From Candidatus Anstonellales archaeon (lineage in GTDB: Archaea; Micrarchaeota; Micrarchaeia; Anstonellales; J096): a stretch of 64,000 bases of DNA. Positions 8,749 through 17,578 of this stretch are shown here, piece after piece. Within the stretch, counting starts at the first letter, position 1. Each line of letters opens with the position of its first letter. The position numbers were made by a program, and so were the translations under genes. The notes under the pieces were generated by a model. The model saw nothing but the letters and a program-made list of their open reading frames with translations. It was not told the DNA's origin and searched no databases. The stretch is taken from positions 160,001-224,000 of the forward strand of contig JAWACY010000001.1 of NCBI GenBank assembly GCA_038896535.1. Direction: 5' to 3'.

Positions 8749-10070
8749 TTTCCATCCTCTATTATTTTCTTTGTTTTCTTTGGGTCTGCTCTACCTTTTG
8801 TTAGTGCCATAACTTTTCCAACAAGAAATGATAGCGCCTTTTCTTCGCCTTTTTTGTAATCTTCGAATGCTTTTATGTTTTCTTTAATAACCTTTTTTAT
8901 TATTTCAATTAATTCTTCATCACTTATTTTTTTATACTTATTTATAGCACTGCTGATTTTTTCTCCTTTGTCAATATAATTTATTAATAACATCTCCATA
9001 GCATCATCACTAATGAACATGTTGAAAAAATGTTCAAGCAATACTTTAATTTCATTTTCTTCTAGATTTGCTTTTCTAAATTGCATATGCCTGTAATTGA
9101 GTTGTTTCTTTAATGGGCCCTTTATCCAATTTGCTAATGCAACTTTATCGAAGTATTTTGATAAGTTTTCATAAAAATCGGCAATCTCCTTTTCTTCTAT
9201 TAAAACATGTGCAACTTCTTTATTTATCCCATTTTTTATAAATCTTTCAGCCCTTTCATATGGCAGCTCGCCAAAATCTTTTGTAAATGATAAATCTATT
9301 GTTAATGGCATTAAATCTGGCTCTGGCATATATCTATAATCTTCCTCTGTTTCTTTTTTCCTTAAACTTATTGTTTTCCCTCCTGCTTCATCAAAGTGTC
9401 TTGTTTCCCTTTCAACTTCTAAGCCCCTCTCAATCAACGATTTTTGCCTCTTTATTTCATATTCTAATGCTATACCAACATTTTCAAATGAATTTATATT
9501 TTTAACCTCCACTCTATTGTGCCCCTTTATGCTTATATTAGCATCAACTTTAACTGTGCCGTTTTCTTTTATTATATTATAATATCTCAACCCAAGTTCC
9601 AGCTTTTTTAAAATCTGTTTTGCATGCTCACTTCCTTTAATATCAGGTTTAGTCACAATTTCTATTAATGGAACCCCTGCTCTATTATAATCAACAAGGC
9701 CTTTTTTTAATTCATACCTCCCAGGATCTTCTTCTATGTGCACTTCTTTTATAGCAACATCATCCAAAAAGCCTTCAACTGCTAAAGGTGTGCTTGTTCT
9801 TTGATAACCTGCTGGAAGATCGGGATAGAAGTAGTGCTTCCTTAATAAATAAAATTTATCAAGCAATTTACATTTTAGCAAATAGCCAGCATTGTAAGCT
9901 AAATGAACTGCATATGAATTTATTGGTTTTGGTTTTGCTCCAGGCTGTGCTGTACATATCTCACATATCAATGTATTTGGCTCTTGTTCTTGCTCATTTT
10001 TACATTCACAAAAAAGCTTGCTTTGAGTATTTAACTGCACGTGTATTTCAAGCCCTATAAGTACATCCAT
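8736..10070 (-). CDS. gatB: Asp-tRNA(Asn)/Glu-tRNA(Gln) amidotransferase subunit B
   Basis: 'IGLEIHVQL..SKLFC', 'RKHYFYPDLP', 'DYNRAGVPLIEIVT', 'DYRYMPEPDL', YqeY-like tail; 444 aa with no GatE-type insertion. Confidence 0.93.
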   Translation of the reverse strand: MDVLIGLEIHVQLNTQSKLFCECKNEQEQEPNTLICEICTAQPGAKPKPINSYAVHLAYNAGYLLKCKLLDKFYLLRKHYFYPDLPAGYQRTSTPLAVEGFLDDVAIKEVHIEEDPGRYELKKGLVDYNRAGVPLIEIVTKPDIKGSEHAKQILKKLELGLRYYNIIKENGTVKVDANISIKGHNRVEVKNINSFENVGIALEYEIKRQKSLIERGLEVERETRHFDEAGGKTISLRKKETEEDYRYMPEPDLMPLTIDLSFTKDFGELPYERAERFIKNGINKEVAHVLIEEKEIADFYENLSKYFDKVALANWIKGPLKKQLNYRHMQFRKANLEENEIKVLLEHFFNMFISDDAMEMLLINYIDKGEKISSAINKYKKISDEELIEIIKKVIKENIKAFEDYKKGEEKALSFLVGKVMALTKGRADPKKTKKIIEDGKWQK

Positions 10071-10115
10071 AAATTAAAATGAAGGATTGTTTTTAAATAT
10101 TTGACTTAAAATATA

Positions 10116-10976
10116 TTGATGATTGCAATTATAGGAAAATCAATTTTGGGGCAAGAGATATATAATTATTTACCAGTTAAAAATAAGATCATTATATCAA
10201 GGTCTGACGGAATTCAATATATAAGAGAAGATTTTGTAAAAAAATTAAAAACTGCAAAGGCCATAATATGGGCAGCAGGCAGCTACAATGCAAAAGATAT
10301 GCAGAGGGAACACATAAAGCCAATAGAGGAGTTAGTAAGTGCATTAAAAAGGCAGCAGAAGCTTATATATACATCAAGTATATCTGTTTATGGAAAATCA
10401 ATTAAAAGAGAGATAGATGAGAATATTGAGATAAATCCAGATACAAAATATGCGATGGCAAAGGCAAAAGCAGAACAAATAGCAAAAGAGCATGAGAATA
10501 CAATAATTTTTAGGCTTGGAGTTTTGTATAGTCATAAATATAAAGCATATTCAACAATATTCAAGCTCATATCTCTTGGCATATGCCCATATTTTGGGAA
10601 TGGGCAAAACAATGTGCCTTTTACTTATATAAAAGATGTATTGCCATGTTATAAAAATGCTTTATCATTACAAGGAAATGACATTTATAATGTATCTGGA
10701 AAAGGCTGTAAGCAGATGTATGCAATAAAAATTGCTTCACAAGCAATTGGCAAAAAACCAATTTTGTTTAAAATGCCAATGAATATAGCAGTTATTTGCG
10801 ACATATTTGGATGCTTTTTAAATACTGAAGCTGTAAAGAGCATATCATCAGATAGGAATATAAATAATAAAAAAGCTATTGACTACCTTGGATTTAATGA
10901 AACGCCGATAGATAAAGGCATAAAAAAAGAGGTAATGCTATGGAAGAAAAAACAAATGAAAATGAAGGAGAAGTAA
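10116..10976 (+). CDS. NAD-dependent epimerase/dehydratase (extended SDR)
   Basis: 'IIGKSILG', 'YTSSISVYG', catalytic 'YAMAK'. Confidence 0.85.
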   Translation: MMIAIIGKSILGQEIYNYLPVKNKIIISRSDGIQYIREDFVKKLKTAKAIIWAAGSYNAKDMQREHIKPIEELVSALKRQQKLIYTSSISVYGKSIKREIDENIEINPDTKYAMAKAKAEQIAKEHENTIIFRLGVLYSHKYKAYSTIFKLISLGICPYFGNGQNNVPFTYIKDVLPCYKNALSLQGNDIYNVSGKGCKQMYAIKIASQAIGKKPILFKMPMNIAVICDIFGCFLNTEAVKSISSDRNINNKKAIDYLGFNETPIDKGIKKEVMLWKKKQMKMKEK

Positions 10977-11692
10977 TTAAGCTATTTTATGACATGAATG
11001 CTTATGAAAATGCTAATTATTATTTTCAACTAGCAAAGAAATATGCAAAGAAAGCAGAACAAGCAAGGAAAGCGATAGAAGAAATGAAAAAGAAAAACTT
11101 AAAAAAAGAAGAAAAAACAAAGCAAAACATTGTAATAAGCATGCCATATTTTTATACATCTGTAAAAAACCTTTACTGCACTGCAGGAAGAAATGCAGAA
11201 GAAAATGAAAAACTACTTAGGAAAAGCACTGAAAATGATTTGCTTTTTCATGCTGATATTCAAGGAGCAAGCACTGTATTGCTCAGAGATGGAATAAATG
11301 CTGAAATAGATGACAAGCTTGATGCTGCTTGTTATGCTGCATGCTATAGCAAAGCATGGGTTTTTGGCTATAGTTCAATAGATGTTTATGCTTTCAAAAA
11401 ACAACAAGTATATAAAGAACAGCAAAAAGCAGGCGCATTTAATATAAGCGGAGAAAGGGAATGGTTTAAGAACATGCCTTTGAGATTGAAAGTTGCCTTA
11501 ATAGGCAATGAAATTTTCATTCTCCCATACAGATGGCATGGGAATAAAGAAATTACCAAGCAAGTTGAAATAAGGCCAGGCAATATTGATAAAAATCAAG
11601 TATCAAAAAAGCTTAGTGAAATATTTAAGTGTGATGAGAATTATATAAAAAGCATTTTACCGCAAGGCAAGTTTGTCATTAAAAAAGAGTGA
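10940..11692 (+). CDS. C-terminal half of ribosome quality control protein Rqc2/RqcH (second coiled coil + NFACT-R + C domain)
   Basis: 'ENANYYFQLAKKYAKK', 'GRNAEENEKL', 'FHADIQGAS', 'YSKAW', 'GAFNISGEREW'. Confidence 0.85.
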   Translation: MEEKTNENEGEVIKLFYDMNAYENANYYFQLAKKYAKKAEQARKAIEEMKKKNLKKEEKTKQNIVISMPYFYTSVKNLYCTAGRNAEENEKLLRKSTENDLLFHADIQGASTVLLRDGINAEIDDKLDAACYAACYSKAWVFGYSSIDVYAFKKQQVYKEQQKAGAFNISGEREWFKNMPLRLKVALIGNEIFILPYRWHGNKEITKQVEIRPGNIDKNQVSKKLSEIFKCDENYIKSILPQGKFVIKKE

Positions 11693-11696
11693 TAGA

Positions 11697-12686
11697 ATGG
11701 CTGGAAAAAGAGAGCAAACAGAGCATTTAGATGGAAGAATATGCATTTTGCCTCAGTTAAAGGGCATAAACCCAAATGTTTTATATGAAGTTGGTTTGGC
11801 CCATATAGGTTTAATATTGCTCATCAACAATAAGGAGAAGATTGTTTTTTCTGACTCATTAAGCAAGGGGTCAATAGAGCAAGAAACAAAAGGAAAAAGC
11901 ATTGCTGTATATGACATTAAAGAATTTGAAAAATATATAAGAAATGAAAGCATAATGCTTGATTTCTCAAATTGTCCTTTGAACTTTTATTTATCATTAA
12001 AGAAGATTGCAAGAAAAATACAGAACTGCTCTGAGATGTTTATGAAAAAAAGGATGAAGAAAAGGCAGGATGAAATTGAAAAAATGAGAAAAGCAAGCAA
12101 AATAGCATTAAATGCATTGAATGAGCTTAAAGATAAGATAAGGGGTAAAACAGAGAGGGATTTGAAGTTTAAAATTATAGAATATTTTGCAGAACAAAAA
12201 GCATATGAAGCATTTCCTACAATTATTGCATCTGGGAAAAATGCTAGTTTCCCACACCACATGCCTTCAAATAAGAAGTTGAGTAAAAATATATTAGTAG
12301 ATAGGGGATGTTCTTATATGCATTATTGTTCTGACTTAACTGATGTTATTAATGTGGAAAGCAGGGCAGCTAAGGAAGACTATGAATCTATAAAGCAAGT
12401 TTTTTATTCCATTCTTGATGACTTGCCAAACATTGAAAAAGCAAATGAATTGCATGAGCTTTATATCGAACTTTATAAAAAATACAGATTAAAGGAAATG
12501 CCACATTTAATAGGGCATGGCATAGGATTGCAAGTTCATGAGTGGCCAATAATTAATGGTAAATCAGATCATGAAATCATTGGCACGACAATAACAATAG
12601 AGCCAAGCATATATAAAAAGAACTATGGCCTTAGATTTGAAAGAGTCATATATATAGGAAAAAGAAAAGCACGTATATTACTTTAA
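11697..12686 (+). CDS. Xaa-Pro peptidase (M24 family)
   Basis: 'SFPHH', 'VDRG...YCSDLT', 'HLIGHGIGLQVHE', 'TIEPSIY', 'GLRFE'. ORF track starts at 11673; ATG at 11697 preferred. Confidence 0.9.
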   Translation: MAGKREQTEHLDGRICILPQLKGINPNVLYEVGLAHIGLILLINNKEKIVFSDSLSKGSIEQETKGKSIAVYDIKEFEKYIRNESIMLDFSNCPLNFYLSLKKIARKIQNCSEMFMKKRMKKRQDEIEKMRKASKIALNALNELKDKIRGKTERDLKFKIIEYFAEQKAYEAFPTIIASGKNASFPHHMPSNKKLSKNILVDRGCSYMHYCSDLTDVINVESRAAKEDYESIKQVFYSILDDLPNIEKANELHELYIELYKKYRLKEMPHLIGHGIGLQVHEWPIINGKSDHEIIGTTITIEPSIYKKNYGLRFERVIYIGKRKARILL

Positions 12687-12687
12687 T

Positions 12688-13737
12688 TCATTTCATGTTT
12701 ACCCAATTTATCTCATAATATATGTTATCGCTGTTTTCAAGTTTTATCCTTTCTGCCTTATAAAATGTTACTGCTGCTTCTCTATCTACCAAGCATAATA
12801 GTAAAGGCAGATTGTTTTTTATGCAATAATCTAGAGCACTAGCAAGCATGGACCCTCTGACAAAATCTTGCTGTTTCAATATTTTTAATACATAAATTTC
12901 ATTATTTCTCTTTATCAGCCCATCTGGTTTAAATTTCACAATCTTTTCCTTTGATTTTGGTATTGCTATTATATAACTCTTTTTTACACCATGACAAACC
13001 CTTATTGCTCTGCTCCATTGTTCAGCATCAAGGAAAAGGCCTTTAGGAAAAACATGAATTATATGCTTTGAATGCATGCCTTTATCTGGTTGTGCATTTG
13101 GTTCATATATTCTGAAATCGCCACCAAATTTGAACCCAGTTTTTAATACATAACCTTTGCTCCTCCAGTCTTTATAAATACTATAAATATCATCAAAAAA
13201 TCTGTAATAAGGTCTAAAGCTGCCTGATAAAACATTTAATTCTTTCAAAAATTGGCATTCATAAAAATCAAGTAAAAAAAGGTTCCCATAATGTTTCTTA
13301 TAACTTCCATATTGTCCAAACCAATATTTATAATAAAGATCCTTATCCCCTTTTATAATTGCAAACTGCTTATCCTGGCCCAAAACAACAGCTTTTGCAT
13401 CTATATTAAAATCATGCGATTTATAAATTTTTATTACCCCATCAGTGATGCTCGCTTTTATGTCTCTTTCTTGAATGTCTTTTATATATTTAAAACCTTT
13501 CATAAAAAGTTCTCTGAATACAACGTAGTTAGATATATCAAAACTTGGCATTTCATTTAATTCAAAGTCAATTGAAAATACTTCATTTAATAAGAAAGCC
13601 TCGTTAATATTAAGTATTAATTCATCTTTATGAAATGTTCCTATGCCTCTAGCATATATTCTATTTTTTTCACTTTCTGTGCCTTTATATGAAAATAGCC
13701 CATTGCCCTTAATAGAGATTTTTCCTTTTAATTGCAT
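12688..13737 (-). CDS. endA: tRNA-intron endonuclease, probable three-unit epsilon2 (ARMAN/Micrarchaeota) type
   Basis: Catalytic unit 'KTGFKFGGDFRIY...HS...RVCHGVKK' in the middle of a roughly 350-aa chain; 'GQYGSYKKH' resembles the ARMAN-specific loop. Confidence 0.88.
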   Translation of the reverse strand: MQLKGKISIKGNGLFSYKGTESEKNRIYARGIGTFHKDELILNINEAFLLNEVFSIDFELNEMPSFDISNYVVFRELFMKGFKYIKDIQERDIKASITDGVIKIYKSHDFNIDAKAVVLGQDKQFAIIKGDKDLYYKYWFGQYGSYKKHYGNLFLLDFYECQFLKELNVLSGSFRPYYRFFDDIYSIYKDWRSKGYVLKTGFKFGGDFRIYEPNAQPDKGMHSKHIIHVFPKGLFLDAEQWSRAIRVCHGVKKSYIIAIPKSKEKIVKFKPDGLIKRNNEIYVLKILKQQDFVRGSMLASALDYCIKNNLPLLLCLVDREAAVTFYKAERIKLENSDNIYYEINWVNMK

Positions 13738-13741
13738 TCTA

Positions 13742-14308
13742 TCACTTTTTAGCAAAAAGCAAATATGCTGTATGCACTATCCCTTTATTTTCAGGTCTTG
13801 TTGAATTTTCATCTATTTTATAATCAATATGCAATGTTGATAAAACAAAAATGTGTTTAAATATTGCTCTTGCCTTTTTGCATGTTTCTTTTACTTGCTC
13901 TATATTTGGCAAAAAGCAAACAAAAAAACCACCAGCTTTCAAGTTTTCAAAAGCCCTCAATGCCATATTATGGGCATCTGGAATATCAGCAATGACAACA
14001 TCTACATCTTTTTCATCAAAATATTTGCCATCCTGATTTTTTAATATTACATTATTTGCCTTTATCAATTTCATATTATATTTTAAAATTTCAAATGCAT
14101 CCTCTCTTATTTCATATGCATAAACCCTATTTGCAATTCTTGACAGATAATAGGTTAGAAAACCATTCCCTGCTCCTACTTCAACAACAATGCTTTCTTT
14201 TCCAATATCAGCATAAGCAATAATTGCTCCTACATCTTTTGGCAGTATTACTGCCATTTTTCTTTTGAATTTCTTTAATGCATCTGGCATATGAAAATCA
14301 AATTTCAT
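13742..14308 (-). CDS. trmI: tRNA (adenine-57/58-N1)-methyltransferase, short form
   Basis: 'VILPKD', 'VVEVGAGNGFLT', 'YEIRED', 'DIPD', 'FLPNIEQV', 'TRP....VHTAYL'. Confidence 0.88.
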   Translation of the reverse strand: MKFDFHMPDALKKFKRKMAVILPKDVGAIIAYADIGKESIVVEVGAGNGFLTYYLSRIANRVYAYEIREDAFEILKYNMKLIKANNVILKNQDGKYFDEKDVDVVIADIPDAHNMALRAFENLKAGGFFVCFLPNIEQVKETCKKARAIFKHIFVLSTLHIDYKIDENSTRPENKGIVHTAYLLFAKK

Positions 14309-16971
14309 TTTCTTTCCCCATACTCTTTTATGAATTTTTCATATACAAATAATAAATCTTTTGTTATTGATGGCTTTCTTCCTGCAAGTAATGAAGATAA
14401 TTCCTGTTTTGTTAGTGTATCTATCTTCTTGCCTGTTTGCATACTTTTTTGAAATAATTTTAGTTTTATTTCCTCACACAATGCCTTTATATCAGCACTT
14501 GAATAACCTTCTGTTGCATTTGCTAAATAATCAAGATCAAATGATGAAGAGAACTTCCCGAGGTGGATTGCAAATATCTGTTTTCTCACTTCCTTAGATG
14601 GTGGAGGTATGTATATAATTCTATCAAACCTGCCAGGCCTTAATAAAGCCGGGTCAAGTGTTTGCGGTAAATTTGTCGCGCCCACAACAATGACATTTTT
14701 AAGATTCTTCAATCCATCCATTTCTTGTAATAACTGCCCCATCAATGGGTTTGACATGCCAGTTCTTGCAGGAGCAACTGTTTCTATTTCATCTATAAAT
14801 ATGATTGATGGTGCATTGTCCTTTGCCCTGTTAAATGCTTCTTTTAGCACTGTTGCTGCTTCATAATAACCTTTTTTCAGCAATTCAGCTCCACTCAAAA
14901 ATATTATCGGCACTTTAAACTCTCCTGCTGCTGCCTTCATTATGTATGTTTTTCCAGTTCCAGGAGGGCCAAATAAAAGCAATCCTTTTGGCGGCCTGAG
15001 TTGAAACTCCTCAATAAGCTGTCCATATTTTAATGGCAATTCAATTGCTTCTTTTAATGTTTTCTTAACATCTTCCATATCAGCAACATCACTAAATGTC
15101 AATTCTGGTGGTTTTTCTTCTTTTTCTTTTGATGTCTTCCTTTCAAATTCAAGCTTAAACTGCTCATGTTCTTCAAGTAAGCTTGCACTGACAGAAGGTT
15201 TTGTTATTTTTATTATTCCTTCTAAATCATTCATTGTTATTGGCTCTATATTCCCTGTCTTGCTCGCTCTTTTTGCAGCAATGCGCTTTGCTTCCTGCAC
15301 GACATTTGATATGTCTGCTGGAGTATATCTTTCAGTCATTTTTGCAAGCTTTTTAAAATCTATATTTTCATTCGGTACTTGGTTTATATAATATTTAAAT
15401 AATAACTCCCTCCCCCTTTCATCTGGTACACCCATGTATATAACTTTATCTATCCTCCCTGGCCTTAATAAAGCAGGATCAATCATGTTTGGCACATTTG
15501 TAGCAGCAACAAATATTATTGGCTTCTTTGATACAACCCCCTCAAGTTCTTGTAATAAAGTGTTTAGAACTCTTGGAGTTACTTCATCTAAGCCGCCACC
15601 TGCCCTTTTTTTTGCTATTGCATCAATTTCGTCAAAAAATAAAACAACTGGCGCCTTTTTTCTTGCTAGCTCAAATATTTGGCTTACGTTTTTCTCGCTT
15701 TCCCCATAATATGGAGACAAAAGCTGAGATGTTTTTACATAAAGAAATGGAAAGTTCAATTCTTTTGCAAGCGCCTTCATTAAGTATGTTTTTCCAGTTC
15801 CAGGAGGGCCAAATAAAAGCAATCCTTTTGGCGGTTTTAGCCCATAAGCATATGCAATCTTAGGATTTTCCAAAGGTGTTTTTATCGATTCTATTAATTC
15901 AGCTTTTAATTCGTCATAATTTGCTACATCTTCAAAGCCTTTTAAATTGCTCTCAACGCTTAAATCCTGTACACCAAAAACAGAGAATGGCTGAACCTCC
16001 TTTAATCTCCTCTCTATCCTTTCTCTGCTAAATGTATAGCCTTGCTTGTTAAGGAATATGACAAGCCAGTAAGATAATAGGCTATAAAAAATGATCTCAA
16101 TTTTATAGGCAAATCCAAATACGCGATAAAATAAGAAGTAAAATACTGGTATTGTTAGTAAAACCATTGCTGCTCTTGCCTCTGCTTCTTTATCTCTATA
16201 AAAGCCAGTATAGAATGCTGAGACATAGAGCAACGCTGTCCAGTATATGATTTGCAATATTCCCCCCTGATCTATTAATATTGAAGACAGGTTAAAGAAT
16301 GCTATCTCAAATGTCTTCATCACAGAACCAGCAGCCCTAAAATCAAACAAATTTGAGAATGCTTGTTGAAGTGCATCATAAAATTTGAATATGTCTATTG
16401 CTTGTTGTCTCTGCAATATTTGATCTGTAATGACCCTCTGGTGGTTTATTGGCAGGTATGCGCTATTATCAATTTGCCAGAATGAAGAAAGCAATAATAT
16501 GAATATCACAGACGGCATTGATAGGAGTATGGCCCTAAATGAACCGAGATGCAAGCCAGCAATGAAAAGTGCAAAGTAAATCAAACCGCCAAGATAAGAA
16601 AATGGAAATTGAGCAAAAGGCATTAAAATGACGATGTGCAAAAATGCAATCTCTTTCCAGGAAGTCCATACTCTGAATAGTATGAGAGAAAAAATGATGA
16701 GATAAAACCATCCAAAAACAGTGCTTTGGTACATTGTTGTTAGAACATTTATTCCTGCAAGTGCAATAATACCATATTCTGGTTTTTTATTATATGCAAA
16801 ATATGCTGGTATAAGTGCAATGAACGGGGCAATGAGTAAAGGAAATAATGGCAAAGCAGTGAATGATGCTAATGAGGCAAGATAAACAATGATGGCATTA
16901 ACAAGTCTGTCATTCGCAAGCAAAGCACTTGTATATGCTTTTATTGTTACTTGACTTAATGCAGTTGCCAT
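14305..16971 (-). CDS. Membrane-bound double-AAA ATPase (multi-TM N-domain + two Cdc48-like AAA modules)
   Basis: About 310-aa hydrophobic N-terminus; two '[13 protein letters not shown]' Walker A motifs, 'FFDEID' and 'FIDEIE' Walker B motifs, two 'DPALLRPGR' SRH motifs. Confidence 0.92.
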   Translation of the reverse strand: MATALSQVTIKAYTSALLANDRLVNAIIVYLASLASFTALPLFPLLIAPFIALIPAYFAYNKKPEYGIIALAGINVLTTMYQSTVFGWFYLIIFSLILFRVWTSWKEIAFLHIVILMPFAQFPFSYLGGLIYFALFIAGLHLGSFRAILLSMPSVIFILLLSSFWQIDNSAYLPINHQRVITDQILQRQQAIDIFKFYDALQQAFSNLFDFRAAGSVMKTFEIAFFNLSSILIDQGGILQIIYWTALLYVSAFYTGFYRDKEAEARAAMVLLTIPVFYFLFYRVFGFAYKIEIIFYSLLSYWLVIFLNKQGYTFSRERIERRLKEVQPFSVFGVQDLSVESNLKGFEDVANYDELKAELIESIKTPLENPKIAYAYGLKPPKGLLLFGPPGTGKTYLMKALAKELNFPFLYVKTSQLLSPYYGESEKNVSQIFELARKKAPVVLFFDEIDAIAKKRAGGGLDEVTPRVLNTLLQELEGVVSKKPIIFVAATNVPNMIDPALLRPGRIDKVIYMGVPDERGRELLFKYYINQVPNENIDFKKLAKMTERYTPADISNVVQEAKRIAAKRASKTGNIEPITMNDLEGIIKITKPSVSASLLEEHEQFKLEFERKTSKEKEEKPPELTFSDVADMEDVKKTLKEAIELPLKYGQLIEEFQLRPPKGLLLFGPPGTGKTYIMKAAAGEFKVPIIFLSGAELLKKGYYEAATVLKEAFNRAKDNAPSIIFIDEIETVAPARTGMSNPLMGQLLQEMDGLKNLKNVIVVGATNLPQTLDPALLRPGRFDRIIYIPPPSKEVRKQIFAIHLGKFSSSFDLDYLANATEGYSSADIKALCEEIKLKLFQKSMQTGKKIDTLTKQELSSLLAGRKPSITKDLLFVYEKFIKEYGERK

Positions 16972-17029
16972 AAAACCATATATGTAAAATCTTTATAAAT
17001 ATCTGTGCATAAATATTTCTGGTGGGAAA

Positions 17030-17557
17030 ATGACAAAAGAAAGAAAAAAGAAGAGATTTTTTGGAATGGATGATATGGACAAAGACATATTCAGCCCGTT
17101 TTTTCATGATGATATAGAAAAAATCATGGAAGAAATGAGAAGAATGATGCTAAAGCTTATGGAAGATATTGGAGAGGAAGCAGAAGAAAAGAAAAATGTA
17201 AAAAGCAAAGTTTATGGCATTAATATAACAATTGGTCCAGAAGGAGAAGTAGATATAAAACAGTTTGGCGATTTTCCGACAAAGGTTAAAGAGAAGTCAT
17301 TAAGGGATACTGATATAAGACAACCGCTTGTTGAAGTGCATAGAGGAGAAAAAGAGTTAAGGGTAGTAGCTGAATTGCCCGGCGTTGAAGAAAAAGATAT
17401 AAATACAGAAATAAAAGAAAAGAAGCTTATTATAAAAGCAAAAAATAAAATAACGGGAAGAGATTATTATAGGGAAATTGACCTGCCTTATAATGCAACC
17501 ATAAAAAAGAAAACGTACAAAAATGGCATTCTTGAAATAGATTTAGATAGGCAATAA
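17030..17557 (+). CDS. hsp20: Archaeal small heat-shock protein Hsp20
   Basis: 'VYGINITIGPEG', 'VVAELPGVE', 'YKNGILEI'. Confidence 0.92.
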   Translation: MTKERKKKRFFGMDDMDKDIFSPFFHDDIEKIMEEMRRMMLKLMEDIGEEAEEKKNVKSKVYGINITIGPEGEVDIKQFGDFPTKVKEKSLRDTDIRQPLVEVHRGEKELRVVAELPGVEEKDINTEIKEKKLIIKAKNKITGRDYYREIDLPYNATIKKKTYKNGILEIDLDRQ

Positions 17558-17578
17558 TAAAATTTATCTGGTGATTTT

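Noticed and set aside
8736..10070. GatE as partner of the GatD in this window
   Set aside because: Length (444 aa) and motifs (RKHYFYPDLP, DYRYMPEPDL) are GatB-type, with no AspRS-like insertion.
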